From: Antedon mediterranea
Taxonomy: Eukaryota > Animalia > Echinodermata
Assembly: GCF_964355755.1 (NCBI RefSeq)
Contig: NC_092671.1
Coordinates: 5,022,001-5,086,000, forward strand
Length of the DNA: 64,000 nucleotides
Direction of reading: 5' to 3'
In this document: positions 33,701 to 44,720 of the stretch, piece after piece
Layout of the letters: each line of letters opens with the position of its first letter
Position numbering within the stretch: the first letter of the stretch is position 1
Position numbers and translations under genes: made by a program
Notes under the pieces: generated by a model
What the model saw: the letters and a program-made list of their open reading frames with translations, nothing else
The model's database searches: none
Told to the model about the DNA's origin: nothing

Positions 33701-36700
33701 GGGGAAATCCCAAAACATTTTGCGGGTAGAATTTTTTTTTTGGAAAAAAATTCCACCCTCAACCGGAAACAAGCTATTTTTAAATTTTGGCCTAGTTATT
33801 AAAATATTTTTTAATTTTGGCCTTGGTGCCCCTTTGATTTAAAACAAATGGCCTTGGTGCCCTCCCATTTGGCCTTGGTGCCCCTAAAATCAATGAAAAC
33901 CGGAGGCCAAATGGCCTTGCCCCTAAAATCCCCAAATTCGAGGCCTGAGGGTTCTATTATAAACTAGAAACAGTAGTAATGACTATAATTTTTATATGTT
34001 TAAATTTTAAATGTAAATATGTATATGTTTGTATGATGTAGTATGTTTAAGCGGATATTAGCCCTTGATGGAATTTGCAGCAATAAAAAAATTGAATTGA
34101 ATAGAAGGGCACTCAGGGAGCGCAAACCTCTGCCAAGGCATATGAAGACTTAATGACGTGTTCCCATACAGCTAGGAAACCATCCTTTAAAATCTTATGA
34201 AAATTGGGCAATAACTTTTTGAGTAATTCTGCTAGCAAATATAGAAAGAAAGAAACACATACACCCGATTGACCTCGTAACCTCTCGCCATTATGAGTTT
34301 GTAATACAACATAGTATGGTCCTAATATGAACGTTACTTATCGATCAATATTCTCACCTTTTGTTTTCTGCATTTCATACACCTTTTCATAATCACGTAC
34401 AGCTTCTTCAAATAATTCTGTTTCCATGAAGCTAAAAAAAAAATTATATTGACCTTACAAGTACAATTTATTTGAATAAAGTAATATATAATTACCGTAC
34501 TGATGCGGGTATAAGCCCACCCCTCTCGAACATGAAATCACGTCAAGTTTGGGGGGTGGGCTTATACCCGAGGATCCAAAAATGCAGATCGTCAAAAACA
34601 GCACATGTACACTGTGTATTCCACCATGCGAGCGAGTGCCCTCACGTGTACGACGTTGCCTCTAAATATACACGAGGTGTAGAGTGTCGGAAAATTAAGT
34701 TTATAGTTCGTGTAATTTATCGTAGAATATCTTATTTTAAACATCAATTTAACAAGAATTTATCAAGCAGAAAAGCAAGTATACAATGTTTGTTAAATAG
34801 AAATGTACCAAAGAAATTTAATAAGCTTGTTTATGGCAGCCGATACCAAATAGTGGTTTTCCCGTTTTGCCGACTTGTAGCGTCGTGTGTGAAGCGATCT
34901 TCGACCGCGATGGAGTGTAAACAAAACAGGACCGCTAGGCCTCATATGGCCTAGCGTATATTAGCCTAGCTTGGTTATGATCAAAGGTAGGTGTATTCGG
35001 TGTATGGACGTCGCCAAATACAAAATAATGTATTACGACACGCATTGTAGATCTTCGAATTAATGGGTGGGCTTATACCCGAGTGCCTCATTTTTCATGA
35101 AAATTAGTCAAAAGTCGGGGGTGGGCTTATACCCGAGTATGGGCTTATACCCGCGTCAGTACGGTAGTGTTGTAGGTTTTAAATTATCAAAATAAAATCA
35201 GCGTATGTATTACTAGTACTTACCATTTTGCACGTTTCAAATATGCTTTTGTATATTTTGGATCTAGTTCTATAGCTTTTGAACAGTCTTCTATGGCTTG
35301 TTCCGTTTTCCCAAGCTGAAAATGATTGACACATAAAACTTTTAAAATATAAACTAGTTTGCTTGACAGTATATATTTCTATTTTTAAATCATTATTATT
35401 ATTATTATTAGTATTAGTATTGCAATAAATTCACAATTTTAAAGTGGTTGATTTCAGGAATAATAAATGAAGAATAACAAATGAGGATCAAGCTATCTAG
35501 ACAAGTGTCTATAGCAAGAAAAGAATAGAAGATAGCATGAAGATGATCAAAGTGTCTATAGCAAGAAGATTATCAAAATGTCTATAGCAAAACAATCAAA
35601 GTGTCAATAGCATTAAGATTATCAAAGTTTCTATAGCAAGAAGATTACAGTATCTATAGCAAGAAGATGAACAAGTTTATATATCAACATTTTTTATAGC
35701 ATGTAGATTATCAATACAGCGTTTCTATAACAAGAAAATGATTTGAAGTTTCTATAGCAAAAAGATATAACTATTGATCACAGATTAGACCATGATTCTT
35801 TGCAAGGTATGTAGAGGCCATTTAGTGATAAACTTGTCTTACACTACTAATTATGTCATAAACATTACTTAGCAAATTACTACTAAAAGAAACTAATACC
35901 CCTTTCACACCAAAACTCCGGAGTGTCTCCGGAGACACCCCGGGGTTTATGACCATTCAAAACGTCGAGAAACTCCGGAGATACCCCTTTCACACCAACC
36001 TAGCAACACCGGGGTTTATAAAATAAAATTGTAAATGTCGCCCTCTATTTTGTTTGTTTACATAGCGACGATCATTAGAATCATTTTAATTAATAATATT
36101 TTAAATTTAATAATTACTTTCAAAAGTCTCAGAAGTAATATAATGTTTTATTTATACTACTTATTATTTTCTAGACCCGCTATATATTTTTTACAAATAT
36201 TTATAGTGTTTTAAAATAAAACTAAATAAATAATTGATTGCGCGAGGATAACCTTTTGACCCGAAACACTCCGGAGTTTGATGTTGGTACCTTTCACACC
36301 AAAACACCGGGGTGTCCCCGCAGTTCATTCTCCGGAGAATGTTCAGCTGTTCAACCCCGCAGTTTTAAACTCCGGAGTTGCTTGATTTTACCTTTCAGCG
36401 GGGCGTCAACTCCGGGGTGTCTCCGGAGTTTTGCTTTTGGTGTGAAAGGGGTATAAAATAATTATATTGTGCTTCCTTTTAAATAAAATTTTGTAATAAA
36501 AAAAACCATAAAATTAGTAAAACACAAGTATGAACTAACCCTTGTTCCAACAATTGCTCTATTCAAATATATTTTAGCATTCGTGAAAACATTGAGGGGG
36601 TCGATCTGTAGTGCTTCCGTGTAAAGGTCATAGGCCAACTGGTTTTTCCCCGACTTGAAAGCAGTGTTCCCTTCCTCCTTCTTTACCTTTAACGATTTAC

Positions 36701-39700
36701 ATTTCTGAAGAAAAAAAGTTTTATAAACTAAATTTTCGATTTATAGAATTTTGTAAGCCGAACATAATACTGTATCCCAAATTAATTTTAAAAAAAAGTA
36801 AAAATAAAAAAATTAAATACACTACAGTATATAAATGTTTAAAATATGTTTAACGTACCTTAAATGCTAACCTGGACTTGGTGTGATCTGGCGCGAGTCG
36901 TAACGTTTGTTGGAAGTGTTGTATTGCTTTGTCTATTATATCTTCGTAATAAAAACACAAACCCCTAACATAGATGGCATCGGCATTCATCCCATCTCGT
37001 TGTAATAACTCACTAAAATAAAGGAAAAAATAGGACTCTTTTTTTATTTAGTTTGATTTTGGAGTTCTCATTTGAATTCTAAAAAAACACTAGTTTAAAA
37101 ATTAAACACTTCGGTGTCAATTAAGGTTTACGAAAGTTGGAAAAGCACTCGAAAAAATCCGTAAAAGCAGAGGCTGATATAACTACTTAAAAAATTGTGA
37201 AACATTCGGCGTATTTCCAAAATGTAAAAACTAATTGTAAGCAGTAGGCTGTTGAAACTAATTTTTTAAACTTGAAAAATGTTTAACTCACTTCAAGGCA
37301 ACCTGTGCTTCCCCGTAACGTTTTAATAACACTAGAGACTCCGCCCTTTGAACTTTGAACCTAGAACATGCTGGAGCCAGACTTATTGCACGTTCCATAC
37401 AAAACAAAACCTGGCAGAAAAATAGACAAATATTAATGTACGGTACATTTTATTAAGCCACATATTGATCGAGCCTAGGTCTAAGAAAATAAACTAAATT
37501 GAACAAATGTTAATCAGTGTTCAATATGTTACTAGCTCATGTACATTGCTTTAGAAATCCCTTCAGATTTAAAGTAGAAATTCTCCTTTGGGACATTTTT
37601 CTAGGCACAAAATGAACAACGCGTAAGGCCCCTTCATACTACTACTGTCGCTCTAAATGAATTAGTGGAAAAACAAGTCTTAAAGTGGTGACATCCCAGC
37701 TCATTCTCCCCACCTAAAATTTCTAATATTTATTTAATAACCACAACTTAATACGCTTATAGTCCAGGAGTATTAGACAAAAAAAGGGCCAAAGGTAGAA
37801 ATAAATATGCTAAAGCTGAATTTTTTAGGATAGGTCCCCAATGTTGTCTGGAACAACATACTAAAATTCCCCAGGTTTCCCCGTTGTGCTTCAACCTGAT
37901 TGGGCCATTTTTCAAAATGGCGGCCATCTTAACATTATTTACCATATTTTGACAACCAGTAGGTGTAAGTAAACAATTTTGGTGTCAAAATACTCAGAAG
38001 ACCAATATTTATATTCACTGTAATGGAGAAGTTTTTAAAAAAATGACCAGAAATGCCTGTTTTGACCTTTGACCATAAATTTGGATTATCTCAATATCTC
38101 ATCAACGACTGGCCGTAGAGAGTTCAAAATTGTCCCAAATTATTCAGAATGCCCAACTTTCTATTCACTCTAATGAAAGAAAAATACTAAATTCCTTTAG
38201 AAACCTTCTATTCTGACCTTTGAACTATTGACCTAAGCATATTTTGATTTTATAGACATCTTGGTGATCGATAGGAGTACATAAGCGAAATTGGTGTCAA
38301 AATACTCAGAAGACCCATATTTATATTCATTATAATGGAAAAGTTTTTTAAAAAATGACCGGAAATGCATGTTTTGAACTTTGACCCTAAATTTGGATTA
38401 TCTCAATATCTCATCAACGACTGGTCGTAGAGACTTCAAAGTTGTCCCAAATTATTCGGAATGCCCAACTTTCTATTTACTTTAATGAAAGAAAAATACC
38501 AAAAACCTTTAGAAACCTTCTAATTTGACCTTTGAACTATTGACGTAGGCATATTTATTTTTATAGACATCTTGGTGATCGATAGGATACGAAATTGGTT
38601 TCAAAATTTATAACTTTGACCCTAAATTTGGGTTATCTCAATACCGCATCAACTACTGGCCGTAGAGACTTCAAATTTCCTAAATTAAGCAGTGTGCCCA
38701 ACTCTCTATTCACTGTAGTTAAAGAAAAATACTAAAAGCCTTTAGAAACCACCTATTTTGCCATTTGAACTATTGATCTGGCCAATACAATATTTTATAT
38801 CATAATTATATAGAAATCTTGGTGATCGATAGGAATACATAAGCGAATAATTTGTTGTCAAAATATTCCAAAACACCCATGCTTTTTTTACCTTTGACTT
38901 TAATCACTACATTATAATTTAATAATTTAAGTCCCAAATAGCATGATGGACATATCATACCATTCATCATGCCATGAGATGTCAAATTTATCTTAAACAG
39001 CCTAGAAAAAATGTCCAATGGACGAATAATAATATTCATCAATATAGATATGAGGCCATAATTTCAGGTATCAAAGGGTCACAATGTGTCATTTGACAAA
39101 TCACCTAAAAAATAAAATACAATATGAAACTCTTACAATTCTATCAAGATGGATTATAAAGAAATTGTCACTGTAAAGTTGTTATGGTCTTCAACAGATT
39201 TTCATGCCCTTATTTTATTAACCATCATATAGTCCTGAAGTATTTTCGATTTTTAGAAAATGTTCACATCTTAAAGATAAATACAATAATTCTTTTAAAA
39301 TTAAATTGCATCATATCAGATAAGAATCGGAGGTATGACTAGAGCCTAAAATGAGACTTAGACTAATAATAACTGATAAATGGTTGGGTGGGTGACTACA
39401 GTATGTACAGTGTGCAGTTTTAGACAATTTAAAAAATGTTATAAGATAAATTATGTACTCCAGACCTATATACACAAAGAAATGTAATAGTGCAGCTCAA
39501 TTGAAAAAAAAAACAATTTTACCAATAAGTGTGTGTCAAATCAACCAGTAGTGGTCTCTGCTATATATTAAATGGCACTGCCGAAGAGGAAACATTTCAG
39601 AATTGGTGTAGCTCCAAAGTTTAAACATGGACATTAGCCATAGAGAAGGCGTGGCATTTTTTGGAGGACTAATTTCTAACCTTAATATTTCAAGAATAAA

Positions 39701-42700
39701 TCAATAATAAAATTTGTTTGGTTACTAATGAATAAAAGAAGTGAAAACAGGCTAAAGCCCAAACAGACAGTAAAATGTATCATATATATATAGTTTAAAA
39801 TTGGGGCTTGGTTTGTCTGTTTAGCATCTGAGCAATTTGGAATGAATTTTACCTCTCATGGCAATGGCCATACTGATGAATTGTTAGATTCTGTCTATCT
39901 TTATGTCAACTTAAATTTAACTTTTTGCATCTAAGCCCTCCCTCTGGAGCACGGGCTATTGTCGGTTTATACAGGTAAGCTAGGCACGAAATAAGACTAA
40001 TTCTCATTAAAATGTAATGATTAAGGTCAAAGGTCAAAACACTTTCAATCGCATTTAGTACATTAATTTCTATAAGAGTAAACAGAAACATGGGTGTTTT
40101 GGAATATTTGACACCAAATTCCCTTATGTATTCCTATCGATCACCAAGATTTCTATACAATTTTGGTATAAAATATGACCAGATCAAGGGTTCAAAGGTC
40201 AAAATAGAAGGTTTCTAAAGGAATTTGGTATTTTTCTTTCATTAAAGTGAATAGAAAGTTAGGCATTCCGCATAATTTGGGACAACTTTGAAGTCTCTAC
40301 GGCCAGTCGTTGATGAGATATTGAGATAATCCAAATTTAGGGTCAAAGTTCAAAACATGCATTTCCGGTCATTTAAAAAAAAAACAATTTCGCTTGTGTA
40401 CTCCTATCGATCACCAAAATGTCTATAAAATTAAAATATGTCTAGGTCAATAGTTCAAAGGTCAAAATAGAAGTTTTCTAAAGGAATTTGGTATTTTTCT
40501 TTCATTAAAGTGAATAGAAAGTTGGGCATTCTGAATAATTTGGGACAACTTTGAAGTCTCTACGGCCAGTCGTTGATGAGATATTGAGATAATCCAAATT
40601 TAGGGTCAAAGGTCAAAACAGGCATTTCTGACCATTTTTTGTTAAACTTTTTTATTACAGTGAATATAAATATGGGTTTTCTGAGTGTTTTGACACCAAG
40701 ATTGTTTACTTACACCTACTGGTTGTCAGCATATGGTAAATAATTTTAAAATGGCCGCCATTTTGAAAAATGGCCCAATCGGGTTGAAGCACAACGGGGA
40801 AACCCGGGGACTTTTAGTATGTTGGTTCAGACAACATTAGGGACCTATCCTGAAAAATTCAGCTTTAGCATATTTATTTCTACCTCAAAGTCTAATACTC
40901 CTGGACTATTAGTCAAATTTTGTAACAAACCAAAGAATTGTTAACTAAAGCTTGGTTTCCACTAGGACACAACACAAGGACGTAAGCACAACGCAAGTAA
41001 TTTCACCAATTGCAACGCAATGGATGATGATTTATGGCATCATGATTGGTCAAATTCCTTGCATAGTGTCTTAGTGGGAACCTAGCTTAAATAATAATCC
41101 TAAAATAAAGCTTTACTTATAATATTAAATACCTTTCTAAAGTCTTCTTTTTCATATGCCTTCTTGCCTTCTGATATAAACTTAAAACAAGCTCTAGCCG
41201 TCACAAGCTGAAAATAAAAATAAAATAAATAACATAAACACTAAACTGATATTTTCTTGTACCCTTAATATAATAGAATATTTACTGTTAATTGTTTGTT
41301 CCAATTGGTGTTATCTTAGTAAAGTTCGATTTGCTTTATGCCGTGTGCTTCCAACATGATATTGTAGTTTAAAACAATTCTCGACTTTACTTCATTTTGG
41401 AATCGCACGGTGTACCGCATCACAGTACTTTACATCACAGTACTTTGCATCACAGTACTTTACTGGTGTTTATACACAAGGCAACCCTTTAAACAATATC
41501 ATTCATTAAAAAATGTATTCTCTTTAGGAGGACTATGTTTGATAAATGGCCAAATTGTTGCTGTGGAATGGTTTTTTGTTAAAAATCCATGCTTACCTCA
41601 TTTTTTGCTTGTTTGTTATTTGAATCTAACCTCATGACCTCCTCTAGCGATCGTATTGAGCCATCAACCTCGCCCAATGCTAGGTGACACTTGGCTTCTC
41701 GCAAATGACCCTAATTTAAGGAATACAAACTTATCACATTTAGAAAAGCCCCTTTAAATCCCATAAAAGTAAAATGTAGAGTTACATTTGCAATGATAAG
41801 CAATACTCCTCCTCTAATACTGTACTTTAAAATCATGGACTATTGAAATCGACCAGAGATTTTTCGCTGTTTTTAATGCAAATGTACCCTTACAATATTA
41901 AAAACTTATTTTTATTATTGATAGTTGAACTCATTAATACGACGTAATATGGAAAAAATCAATATTAATCACTCAACTTCCTTGAACTATGGGAAATTCC
42001 TGGATTGACTTCATAATTTGTAAGACAATGTAATATTAAGCACCTTTAAAAAACTAGGATCCAATCTAACTGCAGTCCTTGCGTCTTCCAACCCGTCTTT
42101 AAATTTATCCAGCATAATATAACAAGCAGCTCTGTTTCCATAGTAACTGGCACATTTCGGACACAAATCTAAAATGTAAATATGCAATGACTGCTATTAC
42201 GTATTGGTAAAGAGAATTCATTATTGAATATTAAATTTGGTAAGAAATTGTAGATAAATTAGGGATATGAATATGAATTGACAAGTTTTGTTTTTCTTGG
42301 ACTGAAGAATTGATTGTGGTGAGTGGATTTTTTTTTTTAGTAATTGAACACCTTACTGATAGCTTCTGTGTAAAGGTCTATTGCCTTTAAATATTCTTTC
42401 TGAACATAAAATGAGTTTCCCTCTTTCTTCATATCTTCAGCTTTTCTATAAAAAAAAATCAGAATGAAATAAATTAAGTTTGTCAAGTATTTTATTTTAT
42501 TTTTTTGTTATTAACCTGTGGAATACAAAGTAGGGTTTACTCGGCATGCGGAAATTACTCTGACCATAAATCTATTTTTACAGGTCCACGTTCTGACCAT
42601 TAATCCTATTTGATTTTAAATAAAAACACTGAATGAGGGTACTATCAGTACATGAATAGATTATAATTAATACAACTACACACACATTCACAACACAACC

Positions 42701-43166
42701 TAGGCAAACACCGGTTGAATTAAAGTCAACAAAATTTACAATGAATATTAATAATACCGAATAACACACATAGCCCTATATAAATGTATTATCCTTGGTT
42801 ATTGATCGGTTATCATCCAATGTGAGTCACTTAATGTGTTTCTTATATTTTCTATTTTTGAGTATTTTAGGCATTTTTTTACGATTCATTAGGCTTACTC
42901 ATTCAATGAGTCCCGTCTACTTTCTATATAGCCTCGATATTTTGACAACGAAATTTGGAATCTTCCAGAAGGTACGTCTTTTGTTACATAAAAAAAACCA
43001 CACATATTCTGAATTTTAAAATAATTTTTGAAACCTACTCTTCGGGGGTTCTTTCGTCTTCTTCTTCTTGTTCTTCTTCCATTGGTTCTTCTTCATTTTC
43101 TTCCATTTCAATGGTGATCTCTTCGGTCGTTTCTTCAATTTCTACCTCCTTGTCCATCGTCGCCAT
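30762..43166 (-). CDS. DNAJC7: DnaJ homolog subfamily C member 7 (TPR repeats plus C-terminal J domain), spliced, 514 aa
   Basis: Exons 43166-43039, 42445-42357, 42168-42044, 41710-41597, 41207-41133, 37410-37292, 37012-36859, 36704-36540, 35315-35224, 34431-34358, 31771-31625, 31401-31249, 30871-30762 (1545 nt, phases consistent). TPR motifs ([35 protein letters not shown]), J domain [11 protein letters not shown]...[16 protein letters not shown]...[13 protein letters not shown], and C-terminal FSFQFG*. Confidence 0.95.
31979..32187. repeat. 65-bp tandem repeat x3 derived from a MITE end
   Basis: GTTGACTCTATATT starts at 31979, 32044, 32109, 32174. The unit contains GTGTCCCCTTAATAG, the reverse complement of the MITE start at 31934-31948. 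Confidence 0.9.
32247..33947. mobile_element. Non-autonomous hAT-like DNA transposon, 1.7 kb
   Basis: 14-bp perfect TIR CAGGCCTCGAATTT / AAATTCGAGGCCTG, direct repeat AGGGTT on both sides, subterminal TGGCCTTGGTGCCC repeats, CpG-rich interior, no ORF. Confidence 0.85.
34100..34290 (+). mobile_element. Helentron/DINE-like (pearl/Tsp-type) non-autonomous element remnant
   Basis: 5' AGAAGGGCACTCAGGGAGCGCAAACCTCTGCCAAGG, core AATAACTTTTTGAGTAATTCTGCTAG, short GAAA/CA microsatellite, 3' TAACCTC echoing the 5' subterminal motif. Family assigned from recalled architecture. Confidence 0.45.
34495..35164. mobile_element. Tc1/mariner (pogo/Tigger-type) MITE, 670 bp
   Basis: TIR CCGTACTGAYGCGGGTATAAGCCC with TA on both sides and repeated GGGCTTATACCCG motifs. 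Decayed relative at about 31090-31180. Confidence 0.88.
35500..35770. repeat. Degenerate tandem repeat, unit about 25-30 bp
   Basis: Recurrent (G/T)TCTATAGCAAGAAGAT motif. Confidence 0.7.
35897..36453. mobile_element. PIF/Harbinger-type MITE, 557 bp
   Basis: 19-bp TIR TACCCCTTTCACACCAAAA, TAA on both sides, many internal ACTCCGGAG palindromes. Confidence 0.88.
37760..40908. mobile_element. Foldback-type non-autonomous DNA transposon, 3.15 kb, with about 1-kb inverted arms
   Basis: Termini TAGTCCAGGAGTATTAGAC / GTCTAATACTCCTGGACTA with TTA on both sides. Arms (about 37760-38880 versus 40085-40908) are built from about 310-bp internal repeats (starts 37979, 38291). No ORF in the core. Confidence 0.9.
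40949..41087. mobile_element. PIF/Harbinger-type MITE, 139 bp
   Basis: AGCTTGGTTTCCACTA / TAGTGGGAACCTAGCT termini with TAA on both sides. Confidence 0.75.
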
Positions 43167-43189
43167 GTTTACTCTCTCTGCGCCGAATA

Positions 43190-43301
43190 ATTTCCTCAAC
43201 CGTGGAAGAGGGCAGTGTCGCTATTTTTTTTCTTCACACAACACGACACGTACGTACGTACACACACACACACAAACAAGAAGAAGTACGATTTTATTAC
43301 G
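43190..43301. promoter_or_regulatory. Putative bidirectional promoter DNAJC7/YJU2 with non-coding YJU2 exon 1
   Basis: CpG-containing patch immediately upstream of the DNAJC7 ATG, plus-strand donor ACG|GTGAGA at 43301/43302, and a polypyrimidine-CAG acceptor at 44663/44668 upstream of the YJU2 ATG. Confidence 0.45.
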
Positions 43302-43584
43302 GTGAGAAAATCCACCACAAACTTTATTTTATAAATGATTTAATTTGTATTAGACACTAAATATATAATCTGAAATTTCTAAGTTTAGTCTTGCCTACTC
43401 ACTTAAATAGAATTAAAAAAAATTAAAATGGTAAATTAATGTAGGCTATAAAAGGGGATCTAGCCTAAAGACAGGCTAGCTAGGCCTAGGCTAGACCTTC
43501 CTTAACTACTCCTAGCTAGGATAGGCCTAGTAGTAGTAGTCTAGGTAGCTCTAGTAGTAGTAGGGGGATAAGGGGATATGACCG

Positions 43585-44378
43585 GTTGGGCCGCCGACAA
43601 GTTGAGCCGCCGGTGATTTCTATGAAACGCCCAGTGCATGCGTCTTTTACGACATTTCGCGTAGTGATTAGGATGGTGTCCAGAGTACAAGTTCATGGTC
43701 TTGGTTTATTGTGTCATGAAAATAAATAATATATAATTACATATAGGCCTATTACAATTAACACAGCAAGCAAAGGAAAGTAGTAATTAATAACTAATAT
43801 TTAATAATTTAATTGTTTTTAATCTTTCGAGGAAAGAATTCAGTGCACTCATAATTTTTCTCGCGTGTAGGAGGCCTACCACGTAAAGTCACGTTGTCTC
43901 TCAGGACTAATTACTAATACTTAGAGTATTAACATTTGTTCGAATGAGGTTAAATACATATTGTTTTTTATTTACTAATCTTTTAATATCATATTTTATT
44001 GAATTTTAAAATGTTAATACACAAAATATTTTACTAAAAAACGTGATTTTATGTAATTATTTTACCGAAAAATGGAGTAGGCCTAGCCTAGTTCATACAA
44101 ACAACTGCCGACTGAATGAGGGGCAACATGTTTACATCATTTTTGGCTAAAAACATCACTGTATTTTGGAATCTACAAGCCAGATTTTCATAATTATTTC
44201 TTTAATTATAATATTTAATAATATACTGTATATACTAAAAACCATGATATATAAACGTTTGAATGTACATCGTTATCCCTAACATAAATTGACCGAGCAC
44301 CGGCGAAAGTTAGCATTTGGCGTTCCATAGAAAATAAAGTTTTTCTGGCGGCGGCTCAACTTGTCGGCGGCTCAACTT
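43585..44378. mobile_element. MITE-like element between DNAJC7 and YJU2 coding regions
   Basis: Inverted repeat GTTGGGCCGCCGACAAGTTGAGCCGCC versus GGCGGCTCAACTTGTCGGCGGCTCAAC, plus inner TTTCTATGAAACGCC / GGCGTTCCATAGAAA. Exact ends and TSD unclear. Confidence 0.7.
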
Positions 44379-44720
44379 GGCCTAATCCGTAGTAGGCCGG
44401 GCCGCGCCTGCTGCTGCTGGGTGGGCACTGGGTTGACCTGGCCCTCAACTCCACACCATAGCCCAACAAACAAGAAATTGAAATCATTGAGATGAGAGTG
44501 CTAGCCTTGATGTTAATTATTTTTTAAATACAGTATTAAAATATCCATCATAAAATGCTTCTAAAGATCTAATATTTTAATAATGTAATTTTAGTTAGCT
44601 TTTATTCAATCAATTATTGTTGATATTAAATTTAACCAAATAAAGCTTTTTTTTACACTACAGTACAGGTAGAGAATAAGATTTTCAACAAAAAGCCATC
44701 AATAACAACGAAACAAAAAC

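Noticed and set aside
33690-33712. Hammerhead ribozyme core (CTGATGA...GAAA)
   Set aside because: No stem II or closing stems can be formed.
34472-34954. 160-aa ORF as a transposase
   Set aside because: It runs through the MITE TIR, has a non-ATG start, and shows no DDE or HTH motifs.
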